Origin: a virus
Lineage: Duplodnaviria > Caudoviricetes
Virus record (IMG/VR): IMGVR_UViG_3300020394_000115
Location: 1-52,758 of that record
DNA length: 52,758 bases
Strand: one strand, 5' to 3'
Position 1 is the first letter of the stretch. Each line of letters starts with the position of its first letter. The notes under the pieces were generated by a model. It saw only the letters and a list, made by a program, of their open reading frames with translations, made no database searches and was not told the origin of the DNA. Of this stretch, positions 9,960-19,757 are shown piece by piece. The translations under genes and the position numbers were made by a program.

Positions 9960-11339
9960 ATGGCTACAGAAATAGACAAAACCATAGAGGAATTAGAAGC
10001 GGAAGTTTTGGCTGAATTAGAAGAAGCCAATGGTGCTGATGCTCCTAAAAAATCTGCTGTAAAAGCAGAACCTATGGACAAAATCAAGCCAGCTCTCTCA
10101 GGTGAAGACAAACCAGAAGACCTAGGTAAAGCAGTAACAGACCCTAAAGATGCTACTGACCCAGGTAAAGAAGCTTCTAAAAAATCTAAAGAAGTTTCTG
10201 GTGATGCTCAACAAAAGGGAGAAGGCAAACCAGACGCAATGCAAAAAATCAAAGAAGAAGACGAAGAAGATAAAGAAGACGAAAAATCTGATAAAGAAGA
10301 CGACAAAGAAGATGAGAAGTCTGAAGAAAAAGACGAAGACGAAGAGCAAAAAGAAATGTCTCATGATGACATGAAAAAAGAAATGCTTAAAGCTATGAAG
10401 TCAATGAAAAAAGACGAAATGGCTAACATGTATGCTTCTTATCATTCAGCTGCAATGTCCAAAACTAAAGATGAAATGTATAAAGAAATGATGCATGGTA
10501 TGGACAAAATGAAAAAAGAAGGTATGAAAAAACTTCATGCAGAAATGATGCCTTCTAAAATGAAAAAAGAAGAAGCTACTGATGCAAAAACTGAAGAAAG
10601 ATTAAATTCAGTTGATGTAAAAGAGCACGTTGACGCTTTATTAAACGCTGACGATTCTTTATCAAAAGAGTTTAAAGAAAAAGCTGCTACAATTTTTGAA
10701 ACTGCTGTTAAGTCTAAAATCAGAGAAGAGATTAAAAGACTTGAAGAAGAGTATCAAGAAGATGTAAGAACTGAAATTGCTGAAACAAGAGAATCATTAA
10801 CTAACAAAGTTGACAGTTACTTAGATTACGTAACTGGCGAGTGGATGAAAGAAAATGAATTAGCAATTGAAAGAGGCTTAAAAGGCGAAATCGCTGAAGA
10901 CTTCATATCTGGTCTTAAGCAGTTATTCGAAGATCACTATATCGATGTACCTGCTGAGAAGTATGACGTACTAGAAGCGCAAGCTGATAAAATTTCTAAA
11001 TTAGAGAAAAAATTAGAGGAAACAATTCAACAAGTAGTTGAGGCGAAGAAATCTGAAGGCGCTCTAATGAAAGAATCTGTTAAGGCTGAGGTTTCTTCAG
11101 ACTTAACTGAAACAGAGATTGAAAAGTTTGACTCACTAGCTCAAGAAGTAGAATATACTGATAAAGAGTCTTATACTGAAAAGTTAAAGACTATTAAAGA
11201 AAACTACTTCCCTAAAAAAGCTTTGAGTGAAACTGCACATGATGAAGTAGAAACTGGCACCGCTGTACAGGCTGACATAGACGGACCGATGGACAGATAT
11301 ATATCCGCTATCGGAAAAGCTGTAAAGAGTGCAAACTAA
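9960..11339 (+). CDS. gp22: Prohead scaffolding protein gp22 with long low-complexity N-terminal half
   Basis: FKEKAATIFETAV, VDSYLDYV..EWMKENELAIERGLK; between gp21 and gp23. Confidence 0.93.
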   Translation: MATEIDKTIEELEAEVLAELEEANGADAPKKSAVKAEPMDKIKPALSGEDKPEDLGKAVTDPKDATDPGKEASKKSKEVSGDAQQKGEGKPDAMQKIKEEDEEDKEDEKSDKEDDKEDEKSEEKDEDEEQKEMSHDDMKKEMLKAMKSMKKDEMANMYASYHSAAMSKTKDEMYKEMMHGMDKMKKEGMKKLHAEMMPSKMKKEEATDAKTEERLNSVDVKEHVDALLNADDSLSKEFKEKAATIFETAVKSKIREEIKRLEEEYQEDVRTEIAETRESLTNKVDSYLDYVTGEWMKENELAIERGLKGEIAEDFISGLKQLFEDHYIDVPAEKYDVLEAQADKISKLEKKLEETIQQVVEAKKSEGALMKESVKAEVSSDLTETEIEKFDSLAQEVEYTDKESYTEKLKTIKENYFPKKALSETAHDEVETGTAVQADIDGPMDRYISAIGKAVKSAN

Positions 11340-11345
11340 TAAATA
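11338..11345 (+). promoter_or_regulatory. Late promoter variant (gp23)
   Basis: AATAAATA overlapping the gp22 stop, AAGGAG RBS downstream. Confidence 0.6.
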
Positions 11346-11370
11346 GTAGAAAATATAAAGGAGAAACACA

Positions 11371-12690
11371 ATGTTTCAAACACAACATCTACAAGAAAAG
11401 TGGCAGCCAGTCCTAGAACATCCCGAACTACCAAAAATCGGTGATGCGTACAGACGAGCTGTTACTACTTTAATCTTGGAAAACCAAGAAAAATCTATGA
11501 AAGAAGATAGAGCATTCTTGGGGGAAGCTGCACCTACTAACGCAACTGGTTCAGCTATCGACAATTGGGACCCAATTCTTATTTCTCTAGTTAGAAGAAG
11601 TATGCCTAATCTTATCGCATATGATATCTGTGGCGTTCAACCTATGAGTGGACCAACAGGCCTTATCTTTGCAATGAGAGCAAGAGCAACTAACCAAACT
11701 GGTAAAGAAGCTTTGGCTGATCCATTAATACCTGATCTATCTAACCAAGACGCTGCTGGTAATACTGGTGGTGGCGACCAATCAGGAACTAACCCAGCTG
11801 TACTTAACGATTCACCAAGTGCTGGTACATACTCGTTTGTAACTGGTATGACTACAACTCAAGGTGAGACTTTAGGTGATGGTACAGATGAATTCGCAGA
11901 AATGGCTTTCTCAATCGAGAAACATACTGTTACTGCGGTAACAAGAGCTCTTAAAGCAGAATACACTATGGAATTAGCTCAAGACCTTAAAGCTATCCAT
12001 GGTTTAGACGCTGAGACTGAACTTGCGAACATCTTATCAAGCGAAATCCTAATGGAAATCAACAGAGAAGTTGTAAGAACAATTTACAACACAGCTGTAA
12101 AAGGTGCTCAAGTTAACACAACAACTGCAGGTATCTTTGACTTAGACACAGACTCAAACGGAAGATGGTCTGTTGAGAAGTTTAAAGGTCTATTATTTGC
12201 AATCGAAAGAGATGCAAATGCTATCGGTCAAGAAACAAGAAGAGGAAAAGGTAACATCATCATAACTTCAGCTGATGTTGCATCTGCTCTTCAAATGGCT
12301 GGTGTTCTAGACTATACACCTGCGTTATCATCTAACTTAAACGTGGATGACACTACAACTACTTTTGCTGGTGTATTAAACGGAAGATACAGAGTTTACA
12401 TCGACCCATATGCTGCAAACGTAGCTGCAAAACAATACTACATTGTTGGATACAAAGGTACATCACCATACGATGCTGGTGTATTCTACTGTCCGTATGT
12501 GCCACTACAAATGGTTAGAGCGGTAGGTGAGAACTCATTCCAACCAAAAATTGGTTTCAAAACAAGATACGGTATGGCTGCTAACCCATTCCATACTGGT
12601 ACTGTTGCTGCTTCTGCTGAAGGTGCAATTACACTTTCTGCGAACACTAACAAATATTACAGAAGAGTACAAGTAACAAACTTAATGTAA
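11371..12690 (+). CDS. gp23: Major capsid protein gp23
   Basis: DICGVQPMSGPTGLIFAMR, RALKAEYTMELAQDLKAIHGLDAE, FQPKIGFKTRYG. Confidence 0.99.
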   Translation: MFQTQHLQEKWQPVLEHPELPKIGDAYRRAVTTLILENQEKSMKEDRAFLGEAAPTNATGSAIDNWDPILISLVRRSMPNLIAYDICGVQPMSGPTGLIFAMRARATNQTGKEALADPLIPDLSNQDAAGNTGGGDQSGTNPAVLNDSPSAGTYSFVTGMTTTQGETLGDGTDEFAEMAFSIEKHTVTAVTRALKAEYTMELAQDLKAIHGLDAETELANILSSEILMEINREVVRTIYNTAVKGAQVNTTTAGIFDLDTDSNGRWSVEKFKGLLFAIERDANAIGQETRRGKGNIIITSADVASALQMAGVLDYTPALSSNLNVDDTTTTFAGVLNGRYRVYIDPYAANVAAKQYYIVGYKGTSPYDAGVFYCPYVPLQMVRAVGENSFQPKIGFKTRYGMAANPFHTGTVAASAEGAITLSANTNKYYRRVQVTNLM

Positions 12691-12714
12691 TAACTTGTTT
12701 GAGAATAACAATTC

Positions 12715-12745
12715 AAAGAGGGGGCTTCGGCCCCCTTTTTATTTT
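12715..12745 (+). terminator. Rho-independent terminator after gp23
   Basis: AAAGAGGGGGC-TTCG-GCCCCCTTTTT stem with C(UUCG)G tetraloop and U tract. Confidence 0.92.
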
Positions 12746-12750
12746 GAGCG

Positions 12751-12758
12751 TATAAATA
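12751..12758 (+). promoter_or_regulatory. Late promoter
   Basis: TATAAATA immediately after the terminator. Confidence 0.85.
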
Positions 12759-12773
12759 CTATGTGGAGTAATT

Positions 12774-13220
12774 ATGAGTAAAAGATTAGATATATCAGAC
12801 AATACTGCTATCAGTATGCCAGTTCGAAACATGCTCGCCATAATTGGAGCTGTGGCAGTAGGAGTATGGGCTTACTTTGGGGTATTAGAGCGTATCACAA
12901 TGTTAGAAACTAAAGCTCAATTAGCAGAAAAAGACTTAAACGCACACGTTGAAAGATTAGAAGCTGACTTAACAAAAAACACAGAGTTTAGAATTAAGTG
13001 GCCAAGAGGTGAAATGGGTGCATTGCCAGCTGATGGAGAGCAATTCATGTTGATCGAGGACCTTTATAAGGCCACCGAAAAAATGCAAAAACATATTGAT
13101 GATATGGCAAACAATAAAATTAACATAGAGTTTTTAAGAAAACAAGTTGATAAGATGATGGAAGATATTGAAAAACTAAAAGATGCTGACAGAGAAATAA
13201 CTTACAAGAACGGAAATTAA
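12774..13220 (+). CDS. Hypothetical membrane-anchored coiled-coil protein
   Basis: GGAG RBS; single hydrophobic helix MLAIIGAVAVGVWAYFGVL followed by heptad-like segments. Confidence 0.7.
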   Translation: MSKRLDISDNTAISMPVRNMLAIIGAVAVGVWAYFGVLERITMLETKAQLAEKDLNAHVERLEADLTKNTEFRIKWPRGEMGALPADGEQFMLIEDLYKATEKMQKHIDDMANNKINIEFLRKQVDKMMEDIEKLKDADREITYKNGN

Positions 13221-13221
13221 A

Positions 13222-13434
13222 ATGATAGAGGTAGTAGTAGCTTTATTAATGATCGTCAACTCAGAAATCAAGGAGCATAGGATACAGCCTTCGCTTTCTG
13301 AATGCTTAAAAGGCAAACGCCATGCAGAGAGACAATATAGTGAGGGTGTTAGATACCAATGTATAAAATCTAAAGCAGAGCTTGAAAAAAATATAGATGG
13401 TTCAATAGCAATTAAATCTCTTATTTTGGAGTAA
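13222..13434 (+). CDS. Small hypothetical protein with hydrophobic N-terminus and a Cys pair
   Basis: MIEVVVALLMIV...SECLK...YQCIK; tightly packed in the operon. Confidence 0.65.
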   Translation: MIEVVVALLMIVNSEIKEHRIQPSLSECLKGKRHAERQYSEGVRYQCIKSKAELEKNIDGSIAIKSLILE

Positions 13435-13437
13435 GAA

Positions 13438-14016
13438 ATGCCAATAGGAAGACAACCAGAAGTTTTAGATTATGCGTCACCTACTCAGTTTAGGATGGCA
13501 ATTAATCAGTTACCAAAAGTCGAATTTTTTATTACTGCGTGTAATTTACCAGGTATAAATCTTGGTGAAGCTGTGTTCCCTACACCATTGAAACAAATAC
13601 CAATACAAGGTGATGAATTAACTTTTGAAAACTTATCAGTATCTTTTTTAGTAGATGAAAATTTACAAAACTATAAAGAATTACATGATTGGTTAATCGG
13701 TATTGGATTTCCACAATCAAGACAACAGTTTAAAAACTTTAGATCACAAACAGCAAACCGACCTGGTGCGACTAGAGGTAATTCGCAAGACATTGGTGAT
13801 GTACAACCAGCGACACCAATTAGTCCAATGTTTTCGGATGGAACTTTAACTATATTATCAAACAAGAATAACCCAGTTGTAGAGGTAAGATTTGAAGAAC
13901 TATCACCTGTTGCGTTAGGAGCTTTAGCTTTTGACCAAGAGGCGACAGATGTACAATATCTTAAAGCTACAGCAGACTTTAACTACAAGTACTACGAAAT
14001 AGTACCACTAACTTAG
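13438..14016 (+). CDS. gp3: Tail tube terminator / tail completion protein gp3
   Basis: SPTQFR, PKVEFF...CNLPGI, FLVDENLQNYKELHDW; position before uvsY. Confidence 0.88.
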   Translation: MPIGRQPEVLDYASPTQFRMAINQLPKVEFFITACNLPGINLGEAVFPTPLKQIPIQGDELTFENLSVSFLVDENLQNYKELHDWLIGIGFPQSRQQFKNFRSQTANRPGATRGNSQDIGDVQPATPISPMFSDGTLTILSNKNNPVVEVRFEELSPVALGALAFDQEATDVQYLKATADFNYKYYEIVPLT

Positions 14017-14019
14017 GAG

Positions 14020-14049
14020 TTGACAAATGGACTGGTTAAAGAGTATAAT
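14020..14049 (+). promoter_or_regulatory. Sigma70-type early promoter
   Basis: TTGACA(14020-14025)-18 nt-TATAAT(14044-14049). Confidence 0.6.
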
Positions 14050-14119
14050 AATCAAATTATTAAAAATTAAAGTATGCGAGTGTAAAAGTTGTGAATGTGA
14101 AATGGGAAAAAGTAACTAA
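14027..14119 (+). CDS. Unlisted 30-aa Cys-rich micro-ORF
   Basis: AGGAG at 14015-14019, ATG 14027; MDWLKSIIIKLLKIKVCECKSCECEMGKSN*. Confidence 0.55.
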   Translation: MDWLKSIIIKLLKIKVCECKSCECEMGKSN

Positions 14120-14744
14120 ACTATATCAAGATAATAAAAATCATCTTTGGGATTACGACATAGAACAATACGAAATACTTAACAATCTTTTTAAAGATGT
14201 TAAAACGGTTAAGTGTATTGGTGGTGGTCCCACTTTAGATTTCTTTATAGCACAAACTGGCAATAACGTAAAACAATGCGTTAATATAGATAATAAGTTA
14301 CAAATAGATTATAGAGGTAATAATTATAATTTAATTAGTTTACACGATCAATATAAAGATTATTTTAATTACAATGGAGAGTATGAATTTGTATTATCAG
14401 AAGCAAACAAAATACCTGTATTTGATAAACCATATGATGTGGTAATTGATAATGTTGGGCCTGATGGTGAGCTAGATTATACCTTGACAAATCCCCCAAA
14501 AATCTATATAATCAATCACAATAAACACATTGAAAATTTTCAATGGTGTGTTGATTTTAATAATATAATACCTATGCAGTTTGCAACAAGAGAAAGTTGT
14601 TTTTATAGTTTCGATTATATAGAACCAGTTAATGAATACTATGATGTTGTACATAAAAAATTTAAGATTAAAAATAAATGGATACCATTAATAGTAAGAG
14701 ATAAACGTAATGACGCTAGACGATTTAAAAAAAGAGACGTATAA
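14091..14744 (+). CDS. Hypothetical protein, possibly a divergent Rossmann/methyltransferase fold
   Basis: 217-aa ORF; VKCIGGG, VNID and YDVVID loosely resemble MTase motifs. Confidence 0.5.
   Translation: MNVKWEKVTKLYQDNKNHLWDYDIEQYEILNNLFKDVKTVKCIGGGPTLDFFIAQTGNNVKQCVNIDNKLQIDYRGNNYNLISLHDQYKDYFNYNGEYEFVLSEANKIPVFDKPYDVVIDNVGPDGELDYTLTNPPKIYIINHNKHIENFQWCVDFNNIIPMQFATRESCFYSFDYIEPVNEYYDVVHKKFKIKNKWIPLIVRDKRNDARRFKKRDV
14484..14512 (+). promoter_or_regulatory. Intragenic sigma70-type promoter upstream of uvsY
   Basis: TTGACA(14484-14489)-17 nt-TATAAT(14507-14512), exact consensus. Confidence 0.6.
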
Positions 14745-15138
14745 AGATTTACCTGTTGATAAAGAACATTTAGATACAGAAAGTTTACGTAATCAAGACT
14801 TATATGCAAAGTATCTAGATTACAAAACTAACTTTGAATTTTTACTAGCAAAGGCAAAGGGCGAATATACAAAGTTATATCGAGACAAGTGGGAATACTA
14901 TGGTGGCAAGTCAGATGCTAAAATTTATGCTTCCAAACCATTTGACTTAAAAGTTTTAAAGAGTGATTTAAACATTTATATTGAATCAGACCAAGAGATT
15001 ATAGACGCAAAGAATAAAATAGTATATCTAGAAACAACAGTAAAATTTTTAGAGGGCGTTCAAAAGTCGATTCAATCTAGAGGGTGGGATATTAAAAATG
15101 CGATTGAATGGCGAAAATTCGAAGCTGGAATGGTTTAA
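14710..15138 (+). CDS. uvsY: Recombination mediator UvsY
   Basis: KWEYYGGK, YIESD, RGWDIKNAIEWRKFEAG. Confidence 0.93.
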   Translation: MTLDDLKKETYKDLPVDKEHLDTESLRNQDLYAKYLDYKTNFEFLLAKAKGEYTKLYRDKWEYYGGKSDAKIYASKPFDLKVLKSDLNIYIESDQEIIDAKNKIVYLETTVKFLEGVQKSIQSRGWDIKNAIEWRKFEAGMV

Positions 15139-15622
15139 ACCAATTCAACAAATGCGAGACGAGGAATATTCATTCCTTGATAATTTCATAAGAACAAGAA
15201 CCTATGGCAATATCTTAGAGATAGGTCAAGGTGGTTCTACTGTTATATTATTAGACGCTACAAAAGATACTGACAGAATGGTATACTCTATTGATATGAA
15301 ATTTAAATTAAAAGATGTCATGAAATATCTACCTAATGATTATATTGAAAGATTAAAATTTATTCAAGATAACTCGCAAAAAATTCATCTGAAAGAAAAA
15401 TTTGGTACTTTACTCATTGATGCAGACCATACCTTTACTGGTGTTAGAAAAGACACTATGAATTTTTGGGATAATTTAGATGATAATGGTTATGCAATTT
15501 TTCATGATTATGGAAATATGCCAGGGGTAACAGAATTTGTTGATGATTGGATTATGCTTTGGGAAAATGCTAAAACAACAATGGTATATGATAATCTTAT
15601 CGTAGTACAAAAACAATGTTGA
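15098..15622 (+). CDS. Class I SAM-dependent methyltransferase (Methyltransf_24-like)
   Basis: ILEIGQGGST, YSID, LLIDADHT, GYAIFHDY. Confidence 0.8.
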   Translation: MRLNGENSKLEWFKPIQQMRDEEYSFLDNFIRTRTYGNILEIGQGGSTVILLDATKDTDRMVYSIDMKFKLKDVMKYLPNDYIERLKFIQDNSQKIHLKEKFGTLLIDADHTFTGVRKDTMNFWDNLDDNGYAIFHDYGNMPGVTEFVDDWIMLWENAKTTMVYDNLIVVQKQC

Positions 15623-17049
15623 TTAAAAAAATAAATGATGTCTATTTAAAGATAGACACCGATCCAGCAATAGCTCAAGAATTATCTGACTATTTTACTT
15701 TTGAGGTACCAGGTGCGAAGTTTATGCCAACTGTACGTAACAGAATGTGGGATGGTAAGATAAGATTATTTTCAAAACAAACTGGTCAAATATATGTTGG
15801 ATTGTTACCATATATTAAACAGTTTTGTCAAAGAAATGATATAGAACCTAAGGGATATGTAGAGGAGTTTCCTTGGCCTCATGAGTATGACCATGCAAAA
15901 GGTTTTGTGGAATCTTTAAATATGCCTTTTGAATTATACGACTATCAATTCGATGCATTTCATAAAGCGTTACAATGGAGAAGAAAATTATTTGTATCAC
16001 CTACCGCATCTGGTAAGTCAGCAATCATTTATGCAATTGTTAGATACTTACAACTATCTAGCATTAATGTTTTAATATTAGTACCAACAACTTCTTTAGT
16101 AGAACAAATGGCAAGTGATTTTATATCTTATGGTTGGGATGATTCGCATATTCATAAAATTTACTCTGGCCACGACAAAGTTAGCAACAAACCAATAACT
16201 ATATCAACTTGGCAATCAATATACAAAGAAAACAAAAAGTATTTTAAAAGATATCAATGTGTAATAGGTGATGAGGCACATCTATTTAAAGCAAAATCAT
16301 TAACAGGTATTATGACTAAACTAGAGGATTGTCCTTATCGTTTTGGGTTTACTGGTACGTTAGACGGAACACAAACACATAGACTAGTGTTAGAGGGTTT
16401 GTTTGGTGAAGTAGAACAAGTTACAACTACTAAAGCATTAATGGATGATGACACAATTGCCAAGTTGGCGATTGATTGTATTGTGTTAAAACATGGTAAC
16501 GATATAAGTAAGCAATGTAAGGATTTTAATTATATCGATGAAATTAATTTCCTTGTACAAAACAAAAAACGAAATCAATTTATTTACAATCTTTGTAAAA
16601 CTTTAAAAGGTAACACACTTGTTCTCTATCAACTTGTAGAAAAACATGGTGAGGTTTTAAATGAAATGATGCAAGACCTTGACAAAGAAGTTCACTTTGT
16701 ACATGGTGGAATAGGAACAGATGAACGAGAACAGATTAGAGCGTTGGCTGAGGAAAAAGATAAAATTCTTATACTCGCTAGTTACGGAGTATTTTCCACA
16801 GGCATTAATATTCGTAATCTACACAATGTTGTATTTGCAAGCCCATATAAATCTAGGATAAAAGTTTTACAGTCTATTGGTCGTGGTTTAAGAAAGTCTG
16901 AACAAAAAGACGCAGTAAAGCTATATGATATAGCAGATGATCTCACATACAAGAATCGCAAAAACTTCACACTATTACATTTTCAAGAACGAATAAATAT
17001 ATACAATGAGGAAGAGTTTAACTATAAGGTTAACACACTAAACGTATGA
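15616..17049 (+). CDS. uvsW: RNA-DNA helicase UvsW
   Basis: SPTASGKS, GDEAH, GFTGTL, QSIGRGLR. Confidence 0.96.
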   Translation: MLIKKINDVYLKIDTDPAIAQELSDYFTFEVPGAKFMPTVRNRMWDGKIRLFSKQTGQIYVGLLPYIKQFCQRNDIEPKGYVEEFPWPHEYDHAKGFVESLNMPFELYDYQFDAFHKALQWRRKLFVSPTASGKSAIIYAIVRYLQLSSINVLILVPTTSLVEQMASDFISYGWDDSHIHKIYSGHDKVSNKPITISTWQSIYKENKKYFKRYQCVIGDEAHLFKAKSLTGIMTKLEDCPYRFGFTGTLDGTQTHRLVLEGLFGEVEQVTTTKALMDDDTIAKLAIDCIVLKHGNDISKQCKDFNYIDEINFLVQNKKRNQFIYNLCKTLKGNTLVLYQLVEKHGEVLNEMMQDLDKEVHFVHGGIGTDEREQIRALAEEKDKILILASYGVFSTGINIRNLHNVVFASPYKSRIKVLQSIGRGLRKSEQKDAVKLYDIADDLTYKNRKNFTLLHFQERINIYNEEEFNYKVNTLNV

Positions 17050-17468
17050 GATATAATATAATCAAATTAACAACTGGCGAGGAAATCGTTTGTCAAATAA
17101 CAAACGAAACGGATACGCACACCTCAATTAAAAATCCTTTAAAAATTCACACTATACCAAGATTTGTAAGTCAAGGAGTGGTGGAGTCATTAGCATTAAT
17201 TCGTTGGGTTAAACCATATACTGATAATGATTGTGTTGATGTAAAAAATAATCAAATAGTTTACTCTGCTGAAACCTCACAAGGTTTAAGTACGTTTTAT
17301 GAAAAACAGTTATTAATGGCAGAAAGTCATGGTGGATTTATGACAAAAGAAAAACACCAGAGTTTAATTGATAATTACCACAGAGAACAAGTTCAACAGT
17401 TACAAGAACAAGTGGATGAAGAATATGGTTTAGATCATGATTTTGATGAAGATAAAACAATACACTAA
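17046..17468 (+). CDS. Hypothetical protein downstream of uvsW
   Basis: IIKLTTGEEIVC N-terminus typical of the small gene between uvsW and 55 in marine T4-like phages; ATGA overlap. Confidence 0.7.
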   Translation: MRYNIIKLTTGEEIVCQITNETDTHTSIKNPLKIHTIPRFVSQGVVESLALIRWVKPYTDNDCVDVKNNQIVYSAETSQGLSTFYEKQLLMAESHGGFMTKEKHQSLIDNYHREQVQQLQEQVDEEYGLDHDFDEDKTIH

Positions 17469-17481
17469 GCTAAAATTTTTA

Positions 17482-17510
17482 TTGACAACTCAACCATTTT
17501 TTATTAGAAT
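17482..17510 (+). promoter_or_regulatory. Sigma70-type promoter (gp55)
   Basis: TTGACA-17 nt-TAGAAT, intergenic. Confidence 0.8.
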
Positions 17511-17534
17511 GGTTAGTTAAAAAGGATGTAAAAA

Positions 17535-18068
17535 GTGTCTAAGAAAAAATCAGCTGCACATTACGTATCAAACAAAGAACTCTTTGAGGCAATGAAGAAA
17601 TTTAAAGTTGCTTGTGAAGAAGCAGACAATATTGGTGAAAGACCAAAGGTACCAGAATACATTGGTGAATGTATTTTAAAAATTGCAAATGGTTTGTCTA
17701 ATAGACCAAACTTTATTAACTATACTTACAAAGATGAAATGATATCAGATGGTATTGAAAACTGTTTACAATATATCTATAACTTTGACCCGTCAAAATC
17801 TAAAAATCCTTTTGCATATTTCACACAAATAATATACTATGCGTTTATACGAAGAATACAAAAAGAGAAAAAACAACAACATATTAAACACAAAATGATT
17901 GATGGTGGCGAATATAAAACACATGAACAAATGCCAGGTGACCCAAACGTTTATACATTTAATGGTCAGTTTAATCCTTTGGTAATGGTACCAGATGAAC
18001 CTGTATATAAAACAAAAGAAAAAAAGAAAAATCCAAAAGGATTAGAGGAGTTTATGGATGACGAATAA
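17535..18068 (+). CDS. gp55: Late-transcription sigma factor gp55
   Basis: HYVSNKEL, RPNFINYTYKDEMISDGIENC, NPFAYFTQIIYYAFIRRIQKEKKQ. Confidence 0.96.
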   Translation: MSKKKSAAHYVSNKELFEAMKKFKVACEEADNIGERPKVPEYIGECILKIANGLSNRPNFINYTYKDEMISDGIENCLQYIYNFDPSKSKNPFAYFTQIIYYAFIRRIQKEKKQQHIKHKMIDGGEYKTHEQMPGDPNVYTFNGQFNPLVMVPDEPVYKTKEKKKNPKGLEEFMDDE

Positions 18069-18696
18069 TATGAAAGCAGAATTTAAATTAATATCACCAG
18101 AAGCAGATATACTAAACAAACCTTTACCTGAGTTTAAAGATGAAATACTACCAGAGGGATTTACAAGAACTAAAATAGCTGAAGATTTATTCGTTGCAAT
18201 GAAACAGTTTGGTGGTATTGGATTATCAGCAAATCAAGTAGGATTACCATATAGAATGTTTGTTATGGGTGGTCATCAAGATATGGAAGAAGGTAAAGCA
18301 AGAGCATGTTGGAACCCAGAGATAATAGAATTTTCTGAAGAAACAATACAACTAAGTGAGGGTTGTTTAACATATCCATTATTATTTTTACAAGTAACAA
18401 GACCTAAAAAAATTAAAGTAAAATATACAGACAATGATGGTAAAGAGTGGACGGAAGATTTAGACCATATGCCATCAAGAGTTTTTCAGCATGAGTTTGA
18501 CCACATGAATGGCACAGACTTTACTAAACTTGTATCTAAATTTAAATTAGATAGAGCAAAAGAAAAACTAAGAAAGTTATATGAACAAGAAAAGAAACTT
18601 GCACCAAAAACTGTACAACTCGCTAAAAAAATTAAAAGAGAAATAGAAGAGAAGAAAACTGGTGTAATAAAACCAAATACAGATATCATAGTATAA
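18058..18696 (+). CDS. def: Peptide deformylase
   Basis: All three PDF motifs: GGIGLSANQVG, EGCLT, QHEFDH. Confidence 0.95.
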   Translation: MTNNMKAEFKLISPEADILNKPLPEFKDEILPEGFTRTKIAEDLFVAMKQFGGIGLSANQVGLPYRMFVMGGHQDMEEGKARACWNPEIIEFSEETIQLSEGCLTYPLLFLQVTRPKKIKVKYTDNDGKEWTEDLDHMPSRVFQHEFDHMNGTDFTKLVSKFKLDRAKEKLRKLYEQEKKLAPKTVQLAKKIKREIEEKKTGVIKPNTDIIV

Positions 18697-19757
18697 TGAA
18701 AGTAGCAATCATAACAGATACGCACTTTGGTGCTAGAAACGATAGTGACTTTTTTAATAATTACTTTTATGAATTTTATGAAGGCATATTTTTTCCATAT
18801 CTAGAACAGCATAATATAAAAACAGTTTTTCATCTAGGTGATATGATGGATAGACGTAAGTATGTCTCATATAAAACAGCAAAAGAATTTAGAGAAAGAT
18901 TTGTATTTCCTTTAAAACATTTAAAAGTTGACTTTCATTGTTTAGTAGGTAATCATGATATCTATTATAAAAATACAAATGATATAAACTCACTAAAAGA
19001 ATTAATTGGAAATAAAAGCGATAAGTTTCATTTATATGAGGATGCAACAGAGGTTAATGTTGGTGGATTAGATATACTGTTTATGCCATGGATTAATCCA
19101 CAAAATTATATTTACTCTATGGGTATGATTGATGAAACAAAAGCAGGTATATGTATGGGGCATTTAGAGATTAAAGGATTTCAAATGCACAAAGGACAAT
19201 TTAGTGAAACTGGTTATGACAAAGATACATTTAAAAAATTTCATACAGTATTCTCTGGCCACTTTCATCATAAATCAGATGATGGTCAAATATATTATCT
19301 AGGAACACCATACGAGATATATTGGAACGATCACAATGACCCAAAAGGTTTTCATATCTTTGACACAGAAACTTTAGAGTTAGAAAGAATTGTAAATCCT
19401 ATAAGGATGTTTGAAAAAATTTATTATGATGATACAGATAAAGATTATGCAAATGAGGATGTATCAAAGTATGAAAAGAAGTTTGTTAAATTAATTGTAG
19501 TTAATAAAAAAGATTTATATCAATATGATAGATTTGTTGATAGGTTAATGAAAGCAAACGCATACGAAGTTAAGATAGTAGAAGATTTTTCTGATATGCA
19601 AGCAGATAGTGTATCAGATGATATAGTGAAATATGCTGAAGATACCAATACTTTACTAAACAAATACATAGATGAATTAGAAATTGATTTAGATAAGGAT
19701 AGATTAAAAGGTATGATGCGAGGATTATATAATGAAGCTCAAGACTTGGAACTCTAA
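18696..19757 (+). CDS. gp47: Recombination endonuclease subunit gp47 (SbcD/Mre11-like)
   Basis: DTHFG, LGD, GNHD, GHFH metallophosphoesterase motifs. Confidence 0.95.
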   Translation: MKVAIITDTHFGARNDSDFFNNYFYEFYEGIFFPYLEQHNIKTVFHLGDMMDRRKYVSYKTAKEFRERFVFPLKHLKVDFHCLVGNHDIYYKNTNDINSLKELIGNKSDKFHLYEDATEVNVGGLDILFMPWINPQNYIYSMGMIDETKAGICMGHLEIKGFQMHKGQFSETGYDKDTFKKFHTVFSGHFHHKSDDGQIYYLGTPYEIYWNDHNDPKGFHIFDTETLELERIVNPIRMFEKIYYDDTDKDYANEDVSKYEKKFVKLIVVNKKDLYQYDRFVDRLMKANAYEVKIVEDFSDMQADSVSDDIVKYAEDTNTLLNKYIDELEIDLDKDRLKGMMRGLYNEAQDLEL

